Notes under the pieces: generated by a model
Database searches by the model: none
The model's input: the letters and a program-made list of their open reading frames with translations, nothing else
What the model was told of the DNA's origin: nothing
In this document: positions 27,006 to 39,344 of the stretch, in pieces
How the letters are laid out: the number at the start of each line of letters is the position of its first letter
How positions within the stretch are numbered: the first letter of the stretch is position 1
Program-made: the position numbers and the translations under genes
NCBI RefSeq assembly: GCF_006345805.1
Contig: NC_042999.1
Span: forward strand, 134,602,001 to 134,666,000
Reading direction: 5' to 3'
Source of the DNA: Octopus sinensis
Lineage: Eukaryota
Length of the DNA stretch: 64,000 bases

Positions 27006-27565
27006 TACTTGTCTGCCCTGTTCAAATACATGCCATTAGCTACGCTGAGTTTTTTCTTTTTTTTTTTTTCTAAACTCATTTTTGTTTAAATTAAGCAAAA
27101 CTACTAACAAAGCTGCTAACCGAAAGGCGGATTCAGCAGAGATATTAGAAACCCTCGTCTCAAAAGTCTCTACTGCCGTTTGATAACCAGAAAAAAAACT
27201 TGTAAACTGAGCGATACCCCAATGTTTGTATCTTTTGCTCTTGAACTAGTCTTGTTCTTTGTATTGCTGCCATGGACCTATAAGCAACTGTTACAGCTCC
27301 ACGACCATTAGATTTTCGAGTGATAGTAAAAGTAACCAAATTTCTTTAAAATCAAATTCTACCGTCTTTCTTTTCTTAAAAAAAATGGAAATTTTGGCTT
27401 AGACGTTTGAATGATTGACACTAAAATGCATTTAATCATAGGTTAGCTCCAGCAACAATAACAGCAACAGGTTTTACGTAGACAAATTTTTCTCAATTCA
27501 CACTTATCATTAGATAATTATATTCTTTTTGGCGTATTCCAATAAGAATCTGTAAGAAATACAGT

Positions 27566-27822
27566 GTGGAGGCGCGTGGCTTAGTGGTTAAGGTGTCAGC
27601 ATCATGATCGTAAGATTGTGGTTTCGATTCCTGGACCGGGCAATGCGTTGTGTTCTTGAGCAAAACACTTCATTTCACGTTGCTCCAGTCCACTCAGCTG
27701 GCAAAATGAGTAACGCTGCGATAGACTGGCGTCCTGTCCAGGTGGGGAACACATACGCCATTGAAACCGGGAAACCAGGCCCATGACCCTGGTTAGGCTT
27801 TAAAAGGGCGCGTTTATTATTA
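27566..27822 (+). mobile_element. tRNA-derived SINE family C with perfect 13-bp TSD
   Basis: A box tggcttagtggtta, B box ggtttcgattcc, V/CORE-like gttgtgttcttgagcaaaacactt, (TTA)n tail. taagaaatacagt at 27553-27565 and 27823-27835. Confidence 0.92.
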
Positions 27823-28364
27823 TAAGAAATACAGTACTCTATTCATAATGCCAATCTCTTTCAATGTCTATATTCCGCTATACATTCAAATTGGCCGAAT
27901 GTCTCATACATGTCCGCGAAAGTTATGGACGACTAGTTTCGTCTGTGTATATGACATTAGCATCAATAATAAAATGTCTTTTTTTTTTTCTTCTGTACAT
28001 TAACGATCGGTAGAAGTGACAAGTTCTGAAAGCACATTTCTTTGCAGATAACGGCACGCTCCATTTCTATTTATCCTTTCAACCACACGCATAATATACG
28101 AGAAACGTTATTGTACTTCACTCACAACTCATGACTAACACATAATTAAAATGTGTTAAGCTTCTGAATTTCTGATGGTCTCTCACGATAACATAACGTA
28201 TATCAGGGATGGCAGAAAAAAAAGGCATTGGACTGTCTGGCGAATATTCATTCACCAACACACTACAGGTCATAAAATCCAAAAGACCTCAACCTAGAGT
28301 CTGAGAAGAAAGAACTGGGGTATTTCAGGACTAAAAATGGGCACAGTATAGGTAACAAAAGTTA

Positions 28365-28582
28365 CGGCGGTAAGCTGACAGAATCGTTAGCACACCGGGA
28401 AAAATGTTTAGAGGCATTTCGTCTGTCTTTATGTTCTGAGTTCAAATTCTGGCGAGGTTGATTTTGCCGTTCATCCTATCGGGCTTTGTAAAAAATAAAT
28501 AACAGTTGAACACTGGGGTCGATGCAGTTGACTTGACACTTGCTCCCAAATTGCTGGCCTGGTGCCAAAACCTTGAAACTAA
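28365..28582 (+). mobile_element. SINE family A
   Basis: ggcggtaagctgacagaatcgttagcacaccggg..gagttcaaattc..tgctggcctggtgccaaaa. Confidence 0.88.
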
Positions 28583-28709
28583 TAGGGGTAACGAAAGAAT
28601 GAGAAACAAATGAGGAGTGTTTGAGTAGAAATGACAGAAGCTTGGCTAGAAATTCGACATTGATTTTAAATACCCCAGCAATGTTTGGTGAGGTAGAATT
28701 CGCTTACAA

Positions 28710-28866
28710 CGACTCCGGCGCTCAACTGGTGCTTATTTTATCGACCCCGAAAGGATGAAGGAACAAAGTCAACCTCAGTGGGGTTTGAACTCAGAATCTA
28801 AAGACGGATGAAATGCTGCTAAGTATTTTGCCCAGCGTGGTAACGATTCTGTCAGCTCGCCGCCTT
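28710..28866 (-). mobile_element. SINE family A
   Basis: ttttatcgaccccgaaaggatgaag..gaactcagaa..ctgtcagctcgccgcctt. Confidence 0.88.
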
Positions 28867-28966
28867 CAATCAAATCTCATAATGAAACTGCTATTAAAAA
28901 TTGTAGAAAAATTTAGATCTGTAATATATTGATGAACTATATCATGTAAGTATATAATTATATACA

Positions 28967-29207
28967 AATTACAGAGACTTGCAAACAGCTTACTTGTGCA
29001 AGTGCTGCCAACTGAAAGCACCGCATAACGGGCGCCAGTAGGCTCCAGGAGTCATTAGGAGAGAATATGCACCGTTTCGGGGCCTTCTGTGTACTCTACT
29101 CTGATGACCCCCTCAAGCCTATTAGTCATTTGTTATGCGGAGCTTTCGACTGTAAGCATTTGCGCAAGTAAAGTGTTTGCAAGTCTCTATTGCAAGTCTC
29201 TATAATT
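28967..29207. repeat. Fold-back element with about 90-bp imperfect inverted arms
   Basis: agagacttgcaaac..gaaagcaccgcataac..gagtcattag pairs with ctgatgaccc..gttatgcggagctttc..gtttgcaagtctct. One arm plus the spacer also occurs at about 18378-18485. Confidence 0.8.
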
Positions 29208-29272
29208 CGTGTTTAATAGATTATTTTCTTTTTACTTCTTTTGTTCATTTTATAATTTAGCACATTTAAATA

Positions 29273-29756
29273 CCGTAAATCCTCGAGTATAGTCCGCCCT
29301 TGAGTATAATACCTCTGAAAAACCTAAACCTTGTGTATAATACACACCCCATCTCTAACTTGAGTCAAGGTCTATATAACGTCCTTGGTTTGTAAAAATG
29401 TATACGCTAACGTCCTTTATTATTATTGTATATATAACATAATGCAAATGTGTAGCTTTTTTGTGCATTTTGTTTGCAGAAAATAAAGAAATAACAGTAA
29501 TAACGTTTAATAAATGCTGCATACTGCAAGTTATGGATGATTCTTTTATGACTTCATTGCTTTCAGGCTTAGCTTAAGGTATTTTCGCGCCCTACATCAC
29601 AAAATGCGTCTGAATAAACATTGCCGGACAGCAAATAGAGACTCGGACATTGCTTAGAAAATATTTTTCATCTTTAACCTCGTATATAGTACGCACTAGG
29701 AATTTTGACCTTTAAATTTTTGGAGAAAAATGCGGATTATACTCGAGGATTTACGG
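29273..29756. mobile_element. Tc1/mariner (pogo/Tigger-like) MITE
   Basis: 25-bp TIR ccgtaaatcctcgagtata(g/a)tccgc with one mismatch; TA on both flanks; no transposase. Confidence 0.9.
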
Positions 29757-30184
29757 TATTTAAAGAAAATGGGGTATCCAGATGTAAAGGGAGACTATAA
29801 CATTATAGAGTTATTCCCCTTAGCTTCGCTTAGCTATTTATTTTCAATTCGTTTCATTGGAAAGTCAATTATTTTTTTCTATTTGTGTATGATATCAACT
29901 CAGATTACGTAAGATGCGTTCTACCATTTTAGTTTAAAAAGTTGTTTTCGCTTTTGTTTTTCTTCCCATCATTACATGATAGTAAAGCAGTATTCTGATT
30001 TCATGATACTGAAGTTAGTGATTCCTCATTGTAAATATGCATAATGAAAAGAATATGCGCACATAACGATACATGTTAAATCTCCTTCTCTTCCCCCTCT
30101 ATGTATTTAAATACATACATTCATTCATTGTCACACACACATATATATATGAAGTGTGTGTGTGTGTGTGTGTTCTTTTTCCTT

Positions 30185-30540
30185 TATTCTTTTACTTGTT
30201 TCAGTCATTTGACTGCGGCCATGCTGGAGCACCGCCTTCAAAGGGTTTTAGTCGAAGAAATCAAACCCAGGACTTATTCTTTGTAAGCCTGGTACTTCCA
30301 TCGGTCTCTTTGTCGAACTGCTAAGTTACGGGGACGTAAACACACCAACACCACTTGTCAAGCAATAGTGGGGAGGGGAAAAATTCACACATACACACAC
30401 ACACACACACATAGATATGGCTTTGGTCGGTCCGAGACTATAGTAGAAGACACTTGCCCAAGGTGCCGTGCAGTGGGACTGAACCCAGGACCATGAAATC
30501 GAGAAGCAAGTTTCTTACCACACAGCCATACCTGCGTCTA
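30185..30540 (-). mobile_element. SINE family B with internal deletion
   Basis: cttgtttcagtcatttgactgcggccatgctggagcaccgcc..gaagacacttgcccaaggtgcc..cttaccacacagcc. Confidence 0.88.
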
Positions 30541-30589
30541 TCTGTTAATTTAAAACATATCTAGACTTATACATTCGCACACATACAAA

Positions 30590-30631
<42 letters not shown>

Positions 30632-30859
30632 CGCGTGCGCGGTCGTGTATGTATTTATTTTTACCACAGTGACTTCGAAGTATTGATTTAGTACTTCCAT
30701 GAGATTGGAAGTCACTTGGAAGTCACTGTGAACCTTTTCTTTGTGAAACTAAAATAAATGTGATGCACTATTTAAATGTATTAAGTGATCTTTCATAGAA
30801 ACAAACCAATATATTTACAGATGTGTATGTACAAATTTGTATGTATGTATGCATTTATG

Positions 30860-31322
30860 TATGTCATTATTCAGTTTTATTTCAAGATTTCTTACCAATA
30901 GGGAAAGAGCTGGTTTCTAACCTAGATCCAAGGCGCCTTCATTGGAATTTCAACAACATCAATTGGGTTAGCTTTGAACGTATGTATACATTTGTGCAGA
31001 TTTGTATTTTCATGCATTGTATTCTCATAGATACATAGATGCATACATACATACATACATACATACATACATACATACATACATACATACATACATACAT
31101 ACATACATACATAAGTGTGTGTGTATTTTTACATACATATGTAATTTTTATCTTGTATTCTCATGCATATAGTTGCATGTCTAGACATGTTCATATGTAC
31201 TTAAGCGATAAACCCCTGGAAAGTTTTAGAGATTTATATAGTCCGAGTGATGGCTTGGATCTGTAGACTTCGAATCAGCTTTCTCTTTTCTGGTTTTGAG
31301 AAGCCTAATTTCTCAAGATCGT
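30860..31322 (-). mobile_element. 3' end of R4/Dong-like RLE LINE embedded in (TACA)n
   Basis: Minus translation DLEKLGFSKPEKRKLIRSLQIQAITRTI matches copies at 54.6-57.2 kb; shared 3' UTR tttctaacctagatccaagg..ttcattggaattt. Confidence 0.7.
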
Positions 31323-31424
31323 TATGTATGTATGTATGTATGTATGTATGTATGTATGTATGTATGTATGTGTGTGTATGTATGTTTGTGTGTGTGTGTG
31401 TGTGTGTTGTGTGTGTGTGTGTGT

Positions 31425-31463
<39 letters not shown>

Positions 31464-31779
31464 GTTGCATGCGTGCGCATGCGTACACATCGTTACGTAT
31501 GTGTGTGCGTGATGGAGGAAGAAAGTTGAAATAGGAGTGTTAGACAGAGATGAAATTGTTTATAGAAACAGAAGCATGTAGAAAATTAAGGGGGGTGTCA
31601 GAGATGGTGAAAGGGAAATTTAGTGTTGGTGGAAAATGTTAAGAAGATGAATGAGGGGGGCTTTCTTTAATGACCGAGATGTTGCCGATACAGTGGTCAA
31701 TATAACTCGGAAATCGGAACAATGCCCAAGAAAATTTTGGACAAAATTGGGGCTCACGGGGATGTCCATGACTATAATT

Positions 31780-33060
31780 CACTGGATCAGTTCAGAGAAG
31801 TGGAGAAGTATATGTCTTTGAGTTTGAATGAGGAGTGACCGTCAAGTGGGAATTTTGAGGTGGAAGATGATTGTGTTTCATAATGTTTAAAATGATGATA
31901 GTGTTGGCTGTGGGTAGAAGTGTAGAAATGATGGTCTGATCTAGTGCATTGTGTTGTAAGCATATAATTGTTTATGAACGTTATGTCTTCTGTGTATTTT
32001 ACAAGAAAACTATCGGCTGCTGAGCTGGCGGAATGCTTCCTCCCGTCAAGTTTTGAATGCATTGTCCCTGTCTTCCTATTGAATGGCAATGCTACTGGAG
32101 CACAGTGAGATGTTAAGATATTTCTGTTGCTTCCAGAAGTCTAAATAATTCATATCATGGTGGCTTTTCATGGTAAGTAGTACAAGGAATAAAACTGCCG
32201 TCGCCTGAACTCTTTAAATTTGTCAGGTGCCAACGTCTTGCATACTCTATTGTGAAAGGAATCACACAATATTGGTGCAAACTCATTCACAGTACACATC
32301 AGTGGGGGTGGAATGGTGACGTCTGCTCAGGGTAGAACACTCAACGCCAGAAAGCGGTAAATTCTTTGGTAAAGTAACCCTGGTATATGACGATATGGTA
32401 GTTGTGGGAGGTAGACGAAAGTGCTGATGGAGGTTAACCGTTTCTATGTAAAAAAAAAAATGAAGAAAGCAGAAGAGTTACCCGATAAAATGATAAATGT
32501 AGAAGGTTGTAGAGTAAGCAAAAGCAAGATTGTAGGGGAGAAACAGAAGACAACGAGAATGTCCGATTCATGGCCAAGAGTATGTCGTTTAGCGCACACG
32601 AATCGCCAAAACAAGATATTTTGGATGCACTACAACGGCTCTGGTGAGAAGTCAGAAAGGTTAAAATGAAGTCTGAAGTCAAATAAGTTGAAGCTGTGGT
32701 TGCAATAATATATTTTCGGGAAGAGAGCAGAGATACATAGGGCTGTACGGTAAAAGGCGGGAACTATGGGGAGCGCATATTTGAGTTTGTGATATAAAGT
32801 GTAACATGAAACAATGTTTAGATCAGGATCGTTATAAAAATAAATTGCCTAGATTATGTTGAAATAAGGTAAAATAAGGTAAAATTGTATAAACTTTCCC
32901 ATTGGAAAGTTTGTACAATGTCATTAAGCTGATAGTTGTGGCAAGTTGACAGTTTAACATTCTTAGCTCTTGACCTCCAACAGAGAGTAGAGAAAGATGA
33001 ATCTGGTATTGTAAAGAAGAGGTATGGGAATGATGAGGGAAGTAAGTGAGGAGCGCCAGA
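31780..33060 (-). mobile_element. Possible very old LINE remnant
   Basis: Only scattered motif-like pieces (AFYR, SDH, NEFAPIL) in heavily disrupted frames. Confidence 0.25.
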
Positions 33061-34260
33061 CAGAAAATGGTGAGGTAGAGAGGAAATAAGGAGGGAGAGG
33101 CGATTAACAAGAACATGAGACCAACACGATACTGGCGAGAATAGAAACATCATTGTGTGTGCGTGTGTATGAGCGTGTGCATGTGCGTGTGTGTGTGATG
33201 GTACATTTATAGTTTGTTGCTCTCTTCTCAACTTTACAAACATAGATGTGTAACAGTAATATTTCCAAACGTGGAAAAAAAACCTCCATTACAAAAATTG
33301 TCTTGGGAGAGAATTTCTCCTTATAGACAATGTATATGAAACATCCCAAGGTGGGCTTGGCTGATGTTATCTGACTGCAGCTTACATCGTTATGTCATTG
33401 GCCATGGACATCGAATCCGCCATGCTGAAGCTACTAAGAACTGCTGGTCTTATATTTGAAAAGAAAATAATTAATCTGCTGATGTGTGCAAAGCTTTGTC
33501 GCACTGGAATTAATAAATCAGAGGCACTCTAAAATGTCATTCATAGACTAGTGCCTTTTAACACACATTGTTTACAGCGAATAACACTGTAACAAAATTT
33601 CTATTTTATTTTTATTTATTTGTTGTCATTGGTCAGTAAATGTTATTTCCTACTTGCTTCTATCTAGATATCAAAGGAAACGACTATTGTTCCCTTCAAA
33701 CTTTGCTTTTGTGACCGGGACATCAATGTTTTAAAATTGATATATTTTGCTTTACATTTTACAGATTCAGCGCTGAGTTGCTGACGGAGAAATATCGTTA
33801 TAGCAAATATTCCACTCAATACCACAGATTTGCTTGTCAGTTGCTTGACCATAACCACTTGAGCATGTCTCTTAGTGGCTGACAATATGTGCATCTCTGA
33901 TGATGAGCCGTGGTAGTGTGGGAGCATCATAGCCATGTGTTGAGCGGGTTGTTAGTGGTTTGAATAAATGCAACAAAAGTAAAGTTTGAAGGAAATATTA
34001 CCTATTTTTCATATTTTTTAGGAGTAAACAAATAGGAAATAACAGTAGCTACCTAAGGACAAAAATCGTGTTACTGAGTGTAATTTTCGCCTCGTCACAT
34101 CGGTTAAAGCATCTTCCGTGGATGCGTGGTTAAGAAGCTCACTTTGCAACCACGTGGCACTTTGGGCAAGTGTCGTCTACTATGGCCACGGACCGACATT
34201 TGCCTTGTGACCGAATTTGGCAGACACACACATATAATACACACATACACACACACACAT

Positions 34261-34293
<33 letters not shown>

Positions 34294-34754
34294 TACACAC
34301 ACACAAACACATATATATATATATATAATATACATACATAATACACACACACTCACATATATATATATATATAATATACATACATAATACACACACACTC
34401 ACATATATATATATATATAATATACATACATAATACACACACAAACATATATATATATATATATAATATACATACATAATACACACACACTCACATATAA
34501 AATCTATTCCTTCAATATGCACGCAACATTCAAAACGCTGCCAAAATACTCCCTGGATTTACCAGGGATTATATTTAAGGACCTAAACCATCACAGAAGT
34601 ATTGACTAACCTCCATACTCTCTGGAAGATGAGCAGTGAACTTTATTCTCCAGTTTATATTTTTTTATCTATTGTTTTGACACTTTATTCTTCTATCTAC
34701 TATTTTATTCCTTTCTACACTGAATTTTCTGTCTAGAACTTTCCTACATTCTCA

Positions 34755-34840
34755 CCTTGATTCTGATGACGAAAAGTATCCAGTGTATGGAAATGCAAAA
34801 ACCTATCACTTGGGATATCCCAGAAACAGCTGTAAGACAT
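34755..34840 (+). ncRNA. Degenerate type I hammerhead motif with long stem II
   Basis: CTGATGA 34763-34769; tatcc-agtg / cact-tg-ggata helix; GAAAC-AGCT-GTA 34823-34834 (palindromic stem III). Stem I and the base of stem II are weak. Confidence 0.55.
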
Positions 34841-35147
34841 CTAATGATTAATTAATTAATTAATTAATTAATTAATTAATTACTTCAAATTCATATTACT
34901 CTAATAAAATATTCTAAGTTGAGACACTGGTCCTGCCTTGGTTTTGTTGTCCTTCCTCCAATATATATAGATACATCTATATATTTGTGAGTTTGTGCGT
35001 GTGCGTGTGCGTGTGTGTGTGCATGTGAGAGTGCATGCGTGTGTGTGTGTGTGTGTGTATTCATATATAAATATCCAAACTCTGCATACCCAACCGTTTA
35101 TTTATATATTATTTATATTATTATATGACCGAACGTTATATATACAC

Positions 35148-35292
35148 AGGCGTTGCTTCCCAACCACATGGTTCTGGGTTCAGTCCCATTGCGTGACACT
35201 TTGGACAAATGTCTTCTACTATAAAACCGACCAAAGCCTTGTGAGTTGATTTGGTAGACGGAAATAGAAAGAAACCCGTCGTATATATATGT

Positions 35293-35341
<49 letters not shown>

Positions 35342-35556
35342 TTTGTGCCTGTGTATGTCTCCTACCATCGCTTGACAACCGATGTTGATGTGTTTATGTC
35401 CCGGTAACTTAGCGGTTCGGCAAAAGATAGCTATAGAATAAGTACCAAGCTTACAAAGAATAAATCCTGGGGTCGATTTGTTTGACTAAAAGGCGGTGCT
35501 CCAGCATGGCCGCAGTCAAATGACTGAAACAAGTAAAAGAATAAGAATAAAAGAAT
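35148..35556 (+). mobile_element. SINE family B
   Basis: ttgcttcccaaccacatggttctgggttcagtccc..internal (GT)n..ggcggtgctccagcatggccgcagtcaaatgactgaaacaagtaaaagaataag. Confidence 0.9.
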
Positions 35557-35590
35557 ATATATATATATAATATATATATATATATTATAT

Positions 35591-35649
<59 letters not shown>

Positions 35650-35817
35650 ATATATATATATATATATATAATATACATAATATATATATAATATATATAA
35701 TATATATATAATATATATTATATATATATAATATATAATATATATTATATATATTATATATATTATATATATATATTATATATTATATATATATATATAT
35801 ATTATATATATATATAT
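35556..35817. repeat. (TA)n-rich tract
   Basis: Direct reading. Confidence 0.95.
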
Positions 35818-36559
35818 GCAGAGAATTAGAGAGAGAGAGGGGGGAGAGAGAGGGGAGGGAGGGAGAGAGAGACAGTTAAGATGAAGGTGGCAAAATAAAT
35901 ATATACATTCTACATCTAACATCTAATCCTTAATCTATCTGTCTGTCAGTCTGTCTCTTTTCTTTCTCTCTCCCTCTCTCTTCCTTTCTCTCTCTCTCTC
36001 TTTCTCTCTTTCTCCTTTCATGTCCACATACATAACACACACGTACACCCATTTATACACACAGACACATACATACATACTTTCAATCACACACACACAC
36101 ACGCGCTCACATACACTCATTCACACACGCGCGCCAAAACAGGCGCAAACTCACGCATACAGTTGAAAGAAAGCAATAAGTGTTGACACCCTTTGTATTT
36201 TATTAAATTCCCAATAACAATATTTTATCGTTTGGGATTGTTATTCATATGCAACTTCAGCGGCATCAGATAACTGCCAATTGTATAAGAGATAGATGGA
36301 AAAGAGAAAAAAAGAGCAAAAACAAAAGCGTGAAGGAGGAGGATGTAGAATAATAATATATTTTACATATGCAGACAGCATCCCTGACATGATGATGGCC
36401 GAAGTGGCTGATGTCGCTGTTCTATTTATTCACACACATTTATATATATAGATGTATTTTGTATACGTTAGACACGTGAGGCTCTTTATTTTATCCGCTG
36501 GGTGTTCGCGCAAAGAAATTTTTCTAGAAATCTCACCTTGGCGAGATGTATTTCTTTTA

Positions 36560-36982
36560 ATCGTTTTAACTTGTTTCAAGTCATTTAGACAGAGGCCATG
36601 CTGGAGTACTGCCTTGATTTGTTTTTTTTTTTTTTCCTTCTTTTTAGTCGAATGAAACGACCCTAGTTCTTTTCATTTTTTTCAAAACCTAGTACTTTTT
36701 CTATCGTTCTCTTTGCTGAAACGCTAAGTTATGGGGACGTAAACACACCAACACCGATTGTCAAGTAGTGGTGAAGGACAAACACAGTCATAAATACACA
36801 CACACATACACATATACGACGGGCTTCTTTCTGTTTTCCTCTAACAAACTCACTCACAAGACTTTGGTCGGCCTGAGACTACAGAAAAAGACATTTGTCC
36901 AAGGTGCCACGCAGTGGGACTGAACTAAGTACCATGTGATTGAGAAGCAAACTTCTTACCACACAGCCACACCTGCACCTAT
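36560..36982 (-). mobile_element. SINE family B
   Basis: ggccatgctggagtactgcc..ggggacgtaaacacaccaacaccg..aaggtgccacgcagtgggactgaac..cttaccacacagccacacctgcacc. Confidence 0.88.
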
Positions 36983-37169
36983 ACAAATAAATAAATAACG
37001 TTACACAGTGCTGGTACATTGTTGGACAAAATCCTTTTGCGATTAACCAGCTACCGCCATAAAGGAGAAAAAATTGCCTTTCATCCTTCTAAGTTAATAA
37101 TACTATTAGTGTGATGGTGATGGTGATGGTAAACACCGTATCTTGAGCGGATGAATGTATTGATTGCCA

Positions 37170-37292
37170 GAACTATGTGGTGGTTTTAAGAAGCTTGCTT
37201 CCTTACCACATGGTTCCAGATTCAGTCCTACTGTGTGGTACCTTCGGCAAGTAAGTGTCTTCTACTATAAACCCAGGCCGGCCAATGCCTTT
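37170..37292 (+). mobile_element. SINE family B head fragment
   Basis: aagaagcttgcttccttaccacatggttccagattcagtcc..accttcggcaag..gtgtcttctactata. Confidence 0.75.
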
Positions 37293-37483
37293 TCAGATTC
37301 CACCTGAACAGAAAATTGAAGCTGAAGGGGGAGGTACTGTCACCCAATAATTGAAAGTGAATGTAGAAAGAATGGCCCGCGTGAATGGGCCAATTCTAAG
37401 TGTGCGCCTGTAGGCCGGATGGAAGAAAGAAGAGAGGGTGCACGATATTATTATCATCATCATCATCATCATTATTATTATTA

Positions 37484-37519
<36 letters not shown>

Positions 37520-37520
37520 G

Positions 37521-37735
37521 ATGGTGAGCTGGCAGAATCATTAGCACGCTGGACGAAATGCTTAGCAGTATTTCACCCGTCCTTACGTTCTAAGATCAAA
37601 TTCCGCCGAGGTCGAATTTGCCTTTCATCCTTTCGGGGTCGGTAAATTAAGTACCAATTGAATACTGGGGTCGATGTAATCGACTAGTCTCCTCCCCACA
37701 AATTTGAGGCCTTGTGCTTCCAGTAGGCAGGATTA
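37521..37735 (+). mobile_element. SINE family A
   Basis: ggtgagctggcagaatcattagcacg..gcctttcatcctttcggggtcggtaaattaagtacc. Confidence 0.88.
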
Positions 37736-37917
37736 TTATTTATTGTTGTTGTTGTTATTAGTTTTTCCTTCTTTCTTCAAATTTTCTTCCGTTTCTCGCC
37801 GAATGTTTTCCGTACACCTAGGACAGAGGAGCTCATTGTATGCATTCCCAGATTACACACGCAAATTCACAGGTATTATTATTATTATTATCATTATTAT
37901 TATTATTATTATTATTA

Positions 37918-37953
<36 letters not shown>

Positions 37954-37972
37954 CATCATTATTATTATTATT

Positions 37973-38950
37973 CCTTCGTAACGCAATGTAGGTAAAAATG
38001 CACTGGTGTCTTTAGTCATCTGTCAAGTCACAACGAGGACCTCAGACAGATAATACTTTCCTTAAGATGTGCGCTGTGCCCAATAAGGCTGCTTTTTGCA
38101 AGACATCAATCTTACATGAGATTTCCAGTTGCCTTAAGAAGTCTTGAAGTTTCAATGAAATTGAGCCCAGCGCTTCGATCACCACTGGTATCAATTTTAC
38201 ATTACCCTTTCGCATTCCATACAGTCTTGCCATTTCCACTTTCATTTCGGAGTACTTGGTGATTTTTTTTTTCAATCTCTTTGCTCACATCATTCATGTA
38301 TTTTGGTATGGCTACATCAATGATCTGACATTATTTGTCTCTCTTATTCAATATGACAATATCCGAATGACGGTGTTCGATTACACGATCCGTCTGAAAA
38401 TCATAGTCCCAGAGTATCATTACTTTTCCATCCTCCTGCATAACTTTACTTGGTACATGCTCATACCAGTTCTCTGTTACTTCATATTAGTATTTACGGC
38501 TTAAGACCCAATGAAGATACACACACGCTTTATCATGGCGGCGCTTGTATTCTTTTTGTGCAAGGCTCTCACATCCACTTACCGAGTGGATCACATTTCC
38601 ACACTCTTTCCACGGAGTCTGCATTTCTGGGTGTCAGAAGTTTTATCGATGTTATATTTCACTAACTTTGTAGCAAGAGCCTGATCTTGTGCAGCAATGA
38701 TCAAGCTTTCAGTGGTACGCTTTAAATCATCTCGTTCAAGCCATGACCACGAAGCTGTATTATCCTTAATGTCCTATGTATTCATTCACACTGTCCATTC
38801 ATTCTCATTTCTTTTCTCTTCTCCTCGACTCTTTGGTTAAACTCTTCCTTGTCCATCATTTCATCTCCCATATCTTTCGTGGCATATTGTAGCAGGTCTT
38901 CTTGACTATCAAATACTCGGCACGCGTTCTCCTTTCACTACTTATACAAA
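37973..38950 (-). mobile_element. R4/Dong-like RLE LINE 3' fragment flanked by (TAA)n
   Basis: ESLIIAAQDQALAT, a zinc-knuckle remnant and KITKYSEMKVEMARLY..IPVVIEALGSI..LQKAALLGTAHILRKVL; (ATT)n arrays on both sides. Confidence 0.85.
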
Positions 38951-38998
38951 TATTGTTATTATTATTATTATCATTATTATTATTATTATTATTATTAT

Positions 38999-39158
38999 TG
39001 AGTGAGCGAGCAGAGCATGCCATCAAAGTGACACTGGGGTAAAATATACGAAGCCCAGTATACCCATCATGACTACCCGTCTGATAAGGGTACACCAGGC
39101 ACATGCATCACAACCATATGTGCGCGACATGGTGATCTCATATCAAGATAAACAGCAC
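38999..39158. repeat. 160-bp GC-richer insert within (ATT)n/(ATC)n arrays
   Basis: Sharp boundaries inside trinucleotide arrays; probably the end of another retroelement. Confidence 0.4.
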
Positions 39159-39185
39159 ATTATTATTATCATCATCATCATCATC

Positions 39186-39296
<111 letters not shown>

Positions 39297-39344
39297 TTAT
39301 AATTATTATAATTATAATTATTATTATTATTGTTGTTGTTGTTG

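Noticed and set aside
27566-27640. tRNA-like sequence (also the heads of SINE A and B)
   Set aside because: No proper cloverleaf; it continues into a SINE body with tail and TSD.
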